Assembly (NCBI GenBank): GCA_031431875.1
Contig: JANPEF010000051.1
Span: forward strand, 1-18,240
Source of the DNA: Candidatus Eiseniibacteriota bacterium
Lineage (GTDB): Bacteria > Eisenbacteria > RBG-16-71-46 > DASYSL01
Length of the DNA: 18,240 nucleotides
Reading direction: 5' to 3'
Within the stretch, counting starts at the first letter, position 1; each line of letters starts with the position of its first letter. Of this stretch, positions 5,831 through 16,870 are shown piece by piece. A program made the position numbers and the translations under genes. Below the pieces are notes generated by a model that was not told where the DNA came from, searched no databases, and saw only the letters and a list, made by a program, of their open reading frames with translations.

Positions 5831-7915
5831 TCAGCGCAACACCACGCCCTTCGTGATCACGCTCTTGCCGGCGTGCGTGAGTCGCGACCAGTAGACGCCG
5901 GTGGGAAGCTCGCTGCGCCTGCTCACCGCGCCGTTCCAGTCGAGCATGCCCGGGCCGGCTGCGGCGTCGGCCAGCACGCGCGAGGCTATCTGTCTGCCGC
6001 GCACGTCGAAGAGCGCGAACTCCGCCGTCCCGCTCGTCGGCAGCGAATAGGCGAGCCGAAGCGCGCCATCGCTTGCCGGATTGGGCGTGAAGCGCGCCGC
6101 AAGCGTCGTCCCATCGGGCGGCCGGCCGACATCGACGATGTCGGGATCGGATCCCGTCAACTCGAGTTCCACCGGCAGTGTGATCGTCGGCCGCGCCGGA
6201 TCGTTGGTCGCGATGCGCAGCGTGCCGAAGACGCGCGCGAGCCCGTCGGTCATGCGGCCATCGAAGTCGAGCGCCAGCGGAATCGATGCAAGCGGAGGAA
6301 TGGAGAAGACGCTCAGGCTCGGCCAGATCGCCTGGGGCACCCGGGAGTTGCGCACGCGTTGACGCTCGAACGGGTCGAGCCCGATCGTCGCATCCAACGC
6401 CAGTGCGCGCAGCGCGCCGGCGCGCTCGATCGCCTCCGCTGCCGAGGCGGACTGCTGCAGGAAGTGCAGGATCGAGGCGCTCTGGCCGGAGTCGAGCGCA
6501 AGGCTGAAGTCGACGTTCACCCGCTCGAGGCTCGGACTGTAGTTCACGTAGGCCGGCCGTGTCGCCCCGCCAGGCCCAGCGATGACGTGTGCGATCGCGG
6601 GCCCACCGCCGTTCGCGACGACGATCCAGTCATCCGACTCGTGGAGGACGGCGTCGCCGCTCGAGGTGGACGCTTGCCAGGTTTCCCCGAGCCGGATCGC
6701 ACTGGTGAGCTGCATCCGGAAGACCGCTGGAGACGCCGACACGTTGCGCACTGTCTCGAGATACCGGACGCCGGCGCCCGCCAGGGCGACACGGATCTCG
6801 CGGGTCAGCTCCCACCGATCCTGGATCACGGTCGGACCGAGGCGCAGCGCCCTTCCGCTCTCGAGCAGGTCCGCCGAGGACACGTCCGGAAACGCGAGCC
6901 AGTCCGCACCAATCTCGAATCCGCCAGCCTCCCACTGGGTGACCTTCCCGTCTGCCTGAATCTCCCACAGGACGCCATCCCCATCCGAACGAAGTTGAGG
7001 CAGCTCAACGGACGGAAGCGGCGGGTCACCGGGGACCTCGACGAACGAATCGATCTCGACCACGATCGTGCCCTCGAGTGGCCATTCGTCGCCGTCGTTA
7101 CGGAACGTCACCTCCTGCCGGACCGAGTCCTCGAATCCGATCGAGACCGGAACGAAGCCCTGGGGATCCAGCACGGCGATCGCGGGCCGGGCCACGTGGG
7201 CGACGGCTGGCAATTCGAGGGCCGAATCGTTCACCGCCGTCGAGAGAATGGTCAGGGAGTCGCTGAACGCCCCCGCCTGGAGCGCATCAAATCGAACCGT
7301 GAAGTTCCGTGTGTTCGAGGTTGGCACGATCACCGGGAACGATCCGAGCACAGTAAGCTCGGGCCGGGATCCCGCGATCGAGTGGATCGTGAGCTGGGCA
7401 TCCCCGCCGTTGGTGATCCAGAACGTACGCTCCGCGGAGGTCCCGACCGACATGCTCCCGAAGTCGAGCGAGGAAACGCTGGGCGTCGCGAGGGGGGACC
7501 CGGCGGACGTCGATCCGCTCACCGACCGCGTGAGTGTCGGCGAGCCCGGCAGGCTGAGCGTCAGGCTCATCGTTGCGGTGTGGGAGCCCACGGTGAGCCG
7601 GCGATAGCTCAGGACAATCTGGGTGAAGCCCCCGGGGGGCACGGTGGTCGAAGGATAATACGAGACGAACTCGAACTCGGGCGACGACGAGACTCCCGGG
7701 GACACGACGAACGACTCAGGGCCTGTGTTGTAGAGATACGTGGAGTAGTCGCTGGACGAACCCAGGTGCCCGGGCGGGAAGTCGACGCTGCCCTTCGGGT
7801 CCCAGTGCGCGCCGGCGTTCGCGACGGTCGGAGCGACGAGCGCGAGGAGCATGGCCGACCCGACAAGGATTCGACGGGCCACGCGCACAAGGGGCGAGGC
7901 GATGGAGCGGGGCAT
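5831..7915 (-). CDS. Secreted protein (694 aa): signal peptide, 2 choice-of-anchor D-like Ig domains, a split Ig domain with an inserted domain, and a T9SS type A/FlgD-Ig-like C-terminal domain; paralogue of 731..4525
   Basis: ATG with GGAGAAAGG RBS. Signal peptide ending VAPTVANA. Shares RNDGDEWPL, TSSGD, DDWIV, PAIAHVIAGPG, IPPL, GTLRIxTNDP, PNP, DVRGR, GPGMLDW, GVYWxRL and TKGVVLR with the larger paralogue. Confidence 0.85.
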   Translation of the reverse strand: MPRSIASPLVRVARRILVGSAMLLALVAPTVANAGAHWDPKGSVDFPPGHLGSSSDYSTYLYNTGPESFVVSPGVSSSPEFEFVSYYPSTTVPPGGFTQIVLSYRRLTVGSHTATMSLTLSLPGSPTLTRSVSGSTSAGSPLATPSVSSLDFGSMSVGTSAERTFWITNGGDAQLTIHSIAGSRPELTVLGSFPVIVPTSNTRNFTVRFDALQAGAFSDSLTILSTAVNDSALELPAVAHVARPAIAVLDPQGFVPVSIGFEDSVRQEVTFRNDGDEWPLEGTIVVEIDSFVEVPGDPPLPSVELPQLRSDGDGVLWEIQADGKVTQWEAGGFEIGADWLAFPDVSSADLLESGRALRLGPTVIQDRWELTREIRVALAGAGVRYLETVRNVSASPAVFRMQLTSAIRLGETWQASTSSGDAVLHESDDWIVVANGGGPAIAHVIAGPGGATRPAYVNYSPSLERVNVDFSLALDSGQSASILHFLQQSASAAEAIERAGALRALALDATIGLDPFERQRVRNSRVPQAIWPSLSVFSIPPLASIPLALDFDGRMTDGLARVFGTLRIATNDPARPTITLPVELELTGSDPDIVDVGRPPDGTTLAARFTPNPASDGALRLAYSLPTSGTAEFALFDVRGRQIASRVLADAAAGPGMLDWNGAVSRRSELPTGVYWSRLTHAGKSVITKGVVLR

Positions 7916-7951
7916 GGCGAGCCTTTCTCCGGGACGAGGGGTCCGGCAAGA

Positions 7952-7981
7952 AGGCTAGCCCGGGATCGGGCGGCCGGTCAA
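7952..7981 (-). promoter_or_regulatory. Sigma70-type promoter for the 5831..7915 gene
   Basis: Minus strand TTGACC (7981-7976), 18-nt spacer, TAGCCT (7957-7952). It is followed by the same TTGCCGGACCCC seen after the paralogue's -10 box. Confidence 0.6.
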
Positions 7982-7990
7982 CTCTGGGGG

Positions 7991-8027
7991 TAAAAGCGCG
8001 ACGCCACGGCATCACTGCCGTGGCGTC
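7991..8027 (-). terminator. Rho-independent terminator of the tig-clpP-clpX-lon transcript
   Basis: Perfect 12-bp stem GACGCCACGGCA / TGCCGTGGCGTC (8000-8027). On the minus strand the loop is GTGA (GNRA) and is followed by GCGCTTTTA. Confidence 0.7.
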
Positions 8028-8142
8028 AGCGGGGGCCGCTTCGCTTCGCACAGTCCCTCCTTGCGGAGGGCTTCATCAGCGGGTCCTGCCGCTGACGAAC
8101 CTTCGAACCAGGGTCGCGGCGTCCGGTCCGCGGGAGGGAAAC

Positions 8143-10686
<2,544 letters not shown>

Positions 10687-10706
10687 GCGATCTCCTTTCC
10701 CAATGT

Positions 10707-11962
<1,256 letters not shown>

Positions 11963-11966
<4 letters not shown>

Positions 11967-12580
11967 CGGGCCACCGGCTGGGGGACGGGCGTGAGATCGG
12001 TGCGCTTGTTGATCACCGTGTCGACGATGCCGTAGTCCTTCGCCTCGTCGGCCGACATGAAGAAGTTGCGGTCGGTGTCGTGCTGGATGCGCTCGAGGCT
12101 CAGGCCCGTGTGGTGGGCGATGATTCCGTTGAGCTGCTCCCGCGTCTTCAGCATCTCCCTCGTGTAGATCTCGATGTCCGAGGCCTGGCCCTGCGTGCCA
12201 CCGAGCGGCTGGTGGATCATGATGCGCGAGTTGGGCAGCGCCGAGCGCTTGCCCTTGGCGCCGCCGGCCAGCAGCACCGCACCCATCGATGCGGCCTGGC
12301 CCATGCAGTACGTCGCCACGTCGGGCTTGATGAACTGCATCGTGTCGTAGATCGCCAGGCCGGCCGTGACCACGCCGCCCGGCGAGTTGATGTAGATCCA
12401 GATGTCGCGATCCGGGTCCTCGGCCTCGAGGAACAGGAGCTGGGCGATGACCAGGTTCGCGATCATGTCGTCGATCGGAGTCCCGATGAAGACGATCCGG
12501 TCCTTCAGGAGTCGCGAGTAGATGTCGTACGAGCGTTCTCCGCGGCTGGTCTGCTCGACGACGATGGGCACGAGGGCCAT
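11963..12580 (-). CDS. clpP: ATP-dependent Clp protease proteolytic subunit ClpP
   Basis: [21 protein letters not shown], catalytic Ser in QAASMG, His in IMIHQP, and DTDRN. Confidence 0.98.
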
Positions 12581-12628
12581 GGTGCGGGTCTCCGTCCTGG
12601 AATGCCGGTCCTGAACCGAGGTCGCCGC

Positions 12629-13927
12629 CTACGCGGAAGCGACCTGCTCCGAAGGATTCGATGCGCTCTCCTCGGCCACCTGTGCGGCGCCGAGCAGGAA
12701 GTCGAACACCTTGCGCCGCTCGAGGACGTCCCGCACCCGCTGCCGGCGCTGTTCCGCCGGCAGGGCCCGGAACTCCTGTGCGATGCGCCCGCCGGCCTCG
12801 AGCAACCGGGCGATCTCCTCCCCCACCTCGGGGTCGGCGACCTCCAGCGTCTCCTGCCGGGCGATCGCATCAAGCACCAGCTCGCGCCGCAACTGCCGCT
12901 CGAGGGAAGCCCGGATCTGCGCCCTGACCGCGTCGAGTTCGGCCGCCGGGATCGGACCGCCGCCCCGGCGTTCGACCTCGACGATCTCCTCACCGACGCG
13001 ACGTTCGGCCCAGCGCTCGGGCACCGGCACCGGGTTGGCCGCCAGCACCTGCTCGAGCAGGGCATCTTCGACCTCGCGGCGGGCCTGCATCATGGCTTCC
13101 CCCTCGAGGTTGAGCCGGATGCGGGCCCTCAGTTCGTCGAGCGACTCCACGCCGAGGTTCTCCCTCGCCCAATTATCGTCCAGAGGGACCGCTTTCTTCT
13201 CCTTGATTTTCTTGACCTTGACGTGGAATTGCACGGTTTTCCCCGCCAGGTCGGCATTCCCGAAATCTTCCGCGTAGGCGACGTTGACCGTGCGGCTCTC
13301 ACCCGCCTGCCCCCCGGTCAGCGCCTGGTCGAACTCGGGCAGCAGGCCGCCCTCGCCGAGGGTGATCTCGTAGTCGCGCCGGCGCGTGTTCTTGAGCGTC
13401 TGGCCCTTCGCGTCGAGCCGCACGTAGTCGACGATCAAGCGGTCGCCGGCCTGCGCCGCGCGCTCGACGTCGAGCCACACGGTCGTCGCCTCGACGAGGC
13501 TCGAGAGTTCGCGCTCGACCTCGGGGTCGGCGACGGGGCGAGTGCGGCGCGTGACGGCGAGGCCCGTGTAGTCCTTCGCGGTGACCTCGGGACGCACCTC
13601 GACCACCGCCTTGAACGACAACGGACCGCCGGGCTCGAACTTCAGGTCCTCGATCTCGGCCGGCGCGAGCGGAGCGAGGTTCTGCTCGGTGAACGCCTCG
13701 CGGCAGGCGCGCTCGATGGCGCGCTCGATGGTCTCTTGCTCGAAGGACGTGCTGTAGCGCGCCTCGAGCAGCGTGCGCGGCACCTTCCCCTTGCGGAACC
13801 CGGGGAGTTGCACGCGGCGGGAATAGTCGGCAACCACGCGTTCGAGCTCCTGTCCGATTTCCTCGGGCGAGAGCTCGAAGGCGATGGTGCGGCGGGTCGG
13901 GGTCGTGTCGACGGTCTGGACGTTCAA
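12629..13927 (-). CDS. tig: Trigger factor (432 aa)
   Basis: Likely TTG start at 13927 after GAGGAG; the longer ORF call runs through the tRNA. Ribosome-binding motif [13 protein letters not shown]-like middle domain, and canonical position upstream of clpP. Confidence 0.93.
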   Translation of the reverse strand: MNVQTVDTTPTRRTIAFELSPEEIGQELERVVADYSRRVQLPGFRKGKVPRTLLEARYSTSFEQETIERAIERACREAFTEQNLAPLAPAEIEDLKFEPGGPLSFKAVVEVRPEVTAKDYTGLAVTRRTRPVADPEVERELSSLVEATTVWLDVERAAQAGDRLIVDYVRLDAKGQTLKNTRRRDYEITLGEGGLLPEFDQALTGGQAGESRTVNVAYAEDFGNADLAGKTVQFHVKVKKIKEKKAVPLDDNWARENLGVESLDELRARIRLNLEGEAMMQARREVEDALLEQVLAANPVPVPERWAERRVGEEIVEVERRGGGPIPAAELDAVRAQIRASLERQLRRELVLDAIARQETLEVADPEVGEEIARLLEAGGRIAQEFRALPAEQRRQRVRDVLERRKVFDFLLGAAQVAEESASNPSEQVASA

Positions 13928-13952
13928 GGCGAGGTGCTCTCCTCGGACGAGA

Positions 13953-14034
13953 TGCGAGAGGGGGGAGTTGAACCCCCACGAGTTTCCCCACCGGAACCTA
14001 AATCCGGCGCGTCTGCCAGTTCCGCCACTCTCGC
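13953..14034 (-). tRNA. tRNA-Leu, anticodon TAG (CCA not encoded)
   Basis: Minus strand GCGAGAG TGGCGGAACTGGCAGACGCG CCGGA-TTTAGGT-TCCGG, a long variable arm, T-arm GGGGG-TTCAACT-CCCCC, CTCTCGC and discriminator A. Confidence 0.95.
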
Positions 14035-14070
14035 GCTGATGCAGGTGTACCGATATGGAAGGGTCGCCGC

Positions 14071-14099
14071 AGTCTACCACGCGTGCGCGGGGGTCGGAA
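14071..14099 (-). promoter_or_regulatory. Putative promoter for the tRNA-Leu-tig-clpPX-lon operon
   Basis: Minus strand TTCCGA (14099-14094), 17-nt spacer, extended -10 TGgTAGACT (14079-14071), then a GC-rich discriminator GCGGCG. Confidence 0.5.
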
Positions 14100-14141
14100 G
14101 GGCCGCCGCGGCCCCTCCGGTCGCGTCTTTCGCCGCCGCCG

Positions 14142-14546
14142 TCAGACCCGCGGCTGGTCGTGGATGGTGTGGCCCCAGGCGGTCAGCGTGGCCAGCGCCT
14201 TCTCGACGTGCGGTTCGTGGATCAGCACGTAGCCCTCGTCCCACGAGGTGATGGGGAACACGGGGACCCCGGCCCGGGCCAGCGGCTCGATCACGGTCAG
14301 CAGGACGCCCGACTCGCCGGTGTGGTCCATGTCACCGGCCACGCGCAGGCAGCGCCAGCCGGTCAGCTTCCTGACCCGGGACGGCGCGTCGCGCTCGGGG
14401 CAGACGATGCACAGGTCGGTCCCGTTGCGCACGATCGAGGTGAGTGGTCCGCGCATCGCCCAGGTGGGCGGCGGGGTGTCGGGGTCCATGCGGCAGACGG
14501 CGTAGCGCTCCGGCAGCAGTGCGATGTCGAGTCTCCAGTGGGCCAT
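14142..14546 (-). CDS. Small ACT-domain protein (COG3603/CASTOR-like)
   Basis: RBS GAGGAG. LLPERYAVCRMDP, LxIVCPE, GWRCLRVAG, GVL...PLARAGVPVF and LxxWGH follow the COG3603/ACT_7 pattern. Confidence 0.8.
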   Translation of the reverse strand: MAHWRLDIALLPERYAVCRMDPDTPPPTWAMRGPLTSIVRNGTDLCIVCPERDAPSRVRKLTGWRCLRVAGDMDHTGESGVLLTVIEPLARAGVPVFPITSWDEGYVLIHEPHVEKALATLTAWGHTIHDQPRV

Positions 14547-14588
14547 GGCGGTGCGACTCCTCGGTGCGGCTCGGACAGCCAGCCGGGT

Positions 14589-15749
14589 CTAGCGGCCGAG
14601 CTCGACGGTGGCGATCACCAGGTTGCGGGACGAGTTGCGATCATCGGGACGCGTCTCGGATTCGCGTGAGTAGGCAAGCGCACCGCGCAGGCCGTCGCCG
14701 CCCAATCCGAGTGAGACACCGAAACGGGTCAGAAGGTTGGCAGCGTCGTTCGGCGCGGGCGACAGCGCCCCGCCAACGCGCACCGCCCAGCCGCCGGCGG
14801 GATCGAGAAACGCGTACCCGAGGGCATACTCCAATCGGGTGTCCGCGGTTGCGTCGCTGGAGGCGGCAGGCTCGCCAAGGTTGACCTTGCGCTCGCCCAG
14901 CCAGCGCAGGCCCATGTAGCCGGCGGAGCCGGCAGACTGTCCGTAGCGCACTCCGACGAGGCCAAGCGTCGGCGCATCGTCGTAGCCGGTGCCGCTCTCG
15001 CCGTAGCTCAGCTCGCCCGCGAAGCGGTAGGACGCACCGACGCTCCACACGCCGGCGAACGGCACGAGCACGCCGAGCACGCCGCCGATGGCCGAATCGT
15101 CGACGTCGACCTCGGCCGTGTCGGCGATGCCGCTGCCGGCGGGCACGTCGGGGACGGACGTGTAGCTCTCCTGCGTGAACACCGCCTCGGCCCCGGCGCC
15201 GATCACGATCCCGCCCTGCAGGCGGATGGCGGCGCCCGCGCCGGCCAGTCGTGTCGCTGAGGTGAACGTGTTGGTGCGCGGGAACGGGTCGCCGCCCCCG
15301 CCGGTCGCCGGGTCGAAACCGACGAAGCGCGTCTCGCCGTGCTCGTAGTGCGGCTGCGCGAAGTAGGCCCCGAAGCCAAGCCCCTTCGCCTTGAAGCGCA
15401 CCGCGGCCTCGCCGAGGAAGGGAAAGCCGTTCGCCTCCTGGAAGTCGGTCGTGCTGGCGCGCAGGTCGTCGCGGTTCGGGTTCATCATTCCGCCGGAGAT
15501 GCGGAACGACCACGGCGCGGTGAGCCACAGCGCGGGGTTGCCATACGCCGAAGCGGCAGGATCGGTGGCGAGTCCAGCGCCGGCGAGCCCCGCATCGGCC
15601 GCCGTGACGGGAGCCCAGCGGCGATCGGGAAAGTCGGAACGAACGATCGAGGTCACGTCCTCGGCGCCGGCGAGCGCCGGGGCGAGTGCGCAGGCGAGCG
15701 CAAGGACGAACGCGGGGGCAGGCAGGAGCGGGCGCGGCGTTGCGTGCAT
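14589..15749 (-). CDS. Outer-membrane beta-barrel protein, FadL/PorV-like (386 aa)
   Basis: ATG at 15749 after GAGGAGG. Signal peptide ending APALAGA. N-terminal AGLAGAGLATDPAASAYGNPAL resembles the FadL/PorV hatch motif with NPA. The remainder is alternating amphipathic strands. Confidence 0.65.
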   Translation of the reverse strand: MHATPRPLLPAPAFVLALACALAPALAGAEDVTSIVRSDFPDRRWAPVTAADAGLAGAGLATDPAASAYGNPALWLTAPWSFRISGGMMNPNRDDLRASTTDFQEANGFPFLGEAAVRFKAKGLGFGAYFAQPHYEHGETRFVGFDPATGGGGDPFPRTNTFTSATRLAGAGAAIRLQGGIVIGAGAEAVFTQESYTSVPDVPAGSGIADTAEVDVDDSAIGGVLGVLVPFAGVWSVGASYRFAGELSYGESGTGYDDAPTLGLVGVRYGQSAGSAGYMGLRWLGERKVNLGEPAASSDATADTRLEYALGYAFLDPAGGWAVRVGGALSPAPNDAANLLTRFGVSLGLGGDGLRGALAYSRESETRPDDRNSSRNLVIATVELGR

Positions 15750-15846
15750 CAGGAATCCTCCTCGACGAGCCGGGAGCGCATGCGCTCCCACGAGACGCGG
15801 ATCCCGGAACCGCGCAGAACGGCCCATCCGGCCGACGGGCAGGGCG

Positions 15847-15896
15847 AGTCTAGCACAGGGCCCGCCTTGACACCCCCGAACCGCGCTGCCTAGACT
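15847..15896. promoter_or_regulatory. Back-to-back divergent promoters
   Basis: Plus strand TTGACA (15867-15872), 18-nt spacer, TAGACT (15891-15896), directed toward the dehydrogenase gene. Minus strand extended -10 TGcTAGACT (15855-15847), directed toward the barrel gene. Confidence 0.65.
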
Positions 15897-16003
15897 GCGA
15901 ACGAGATTTCCGATCGGCGCGCCCCTTTGCACCCTCCTCGGCGCGTCAGGCTTCACCCTCCAACTTCAGCGACGGACCGCGACGGTCCAGGGAGTGCTTC
16001 CGC

Positions 16004-16870
16004 ATGGCGATTCAGAAGGTCGGCGTGGTCGGCTGCGGCCTCATGGGCTCCGGCATCGTGCAGGTGTGCGCCCAGGCCGGGTTCGATGTCACGGTCCGCG
16101 AGATCGACGACGCCGCACTGGCCAGGGGCCTCGGCCGCATCGACAAGTTCCTGCAGAGCGGCGTCGACAAGGGCAAGCTGACGGCCGAGCAGAAGGCCGC
16201 GATCCTCGGGAAGATCAAGGGCACGACGAAGCTCGCCGACCTCGGCGGCTGCGACCTGGTGATCGAGGCCGCGGTCGAGAACATCGCCGCCAAGCACGAG
16301 GTCTACGCCGCGCTCGACGCCGCCTGCGGTCCCGACGCGATCTTCGCCTCGAACACCTCGTCCCTGTCGATCACCGAGATGGCGGCGAAGACGAAGCGCC
16401 CGGCGCGCTTCGTCGGGCTCCACTTCTTCAACCCGGTGCCGCTCATGCAGCTGGTCGAGGTCGTGCGCACGCCCATGACCGACGACGCCGTGCTCGCCGC
16501 GGTCGACACGTTCGCGAAGGCGCTGCCCAAGGTCGTCGTTGCGGCGCAGGACACGCCCGGCTTCGTCGTCAATCGCCTGCTCGTGCCGTTCCTGCTCGAC
16601 GCGATCCGTGTGCTCGAGTCCGGCATTGCCACGAAGGAGGATATCGACGCCGGCATGAAGCTGGGCTGCGGCCACCCGATGGGCCCGCTGACGCTGCTCG
16701 ACTTCGTCGGCCTCGACACCACGCTCTACATCGCCGACATCATGTTCGACGAGTTCAAGGAACCACGCTTCGCCCCCCCGCCGCTGCTCAAGCGCATGGT
16801 GCTCGCGGGCTGGCACGGCCGGAAGAGCGGCCGCGGCTTCTACGACTACGCGTCGGGGCAGGCCAGGTGA
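16004..16870 (+). CDS. hbd: 3-hydroxybutyryl-CoA / 3-hydroxyacyl-CoA dehydrogenase
   Basis: Rossmann motif GCGLMGSGI, DLVIEAAVEN, FASNTSSLSIT, GLHFFNPVP, PGFVVNRLL, GHPMGPL and GRKSGRGFYDY. Confidence 0.93.
   Translation: MAIQKVGVVGCGLMGSGIVQVCAQAGFDVTVREIDDAALARGLGRIDKFLQSGVDKGKLTAEQKAAILGKIKGTTKLADLGGCDLVIEAAVENIAAKHEVYAALDAACGPDAIFASNTSSLSITEMAAKTKRPARFVGLHFFNPVPLMQLVEVVRTPMTDDAVLAAVDTFAKALPKVVVAAQDTPGFVVNRLLVPFLLDAIRVLESGIATKEDIDAGMKLGCGHPMGPLTLLDFVGLDTTLYIADIMFDEFKEPRFAPPPLLKRMVLAGWHGRKSGRGFYDYASGQAR

Noticed and set aside
8040..8100. Hammerhead ribozyme (minus-strand CTGATGA) or SAM-I riboswitch (GATGAAGCCC, GGAGGGACTG)
   Set aside because: There is no GAAA core after the putative stem II, and CTGATGA is paired within a hairpin. 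The SAM-I-like words are in the wrong order and the other conserved elements are missing.
13928..14080. N-terminal extension of tig; tRNA-Leu as an integration site
   Set aside because: The extension overlaps the tRNA. I saw no integrase and no duplicated tRNA 3' end, and tRNA-Leu upstream of tig is an ordinary arrangement.
14096..14118. Hairpin GGAAGGGCCG-CCG-CGGCCCCTCC downstream of the ACT gene
   Set aside because: It has no U-tract on the minus strand and overlaps the putative -35 box, so it is too weak to call a terminator.
15994..16866. 698-aa ORF suggesting a fused or frameshifted dehydrogenase-thiolase
   Set aside because: The first ~290 aa are an off-frame read of hbd. The thiolase starts at the GTG overlapping the hbd stop, which is ordinary translational coupling.
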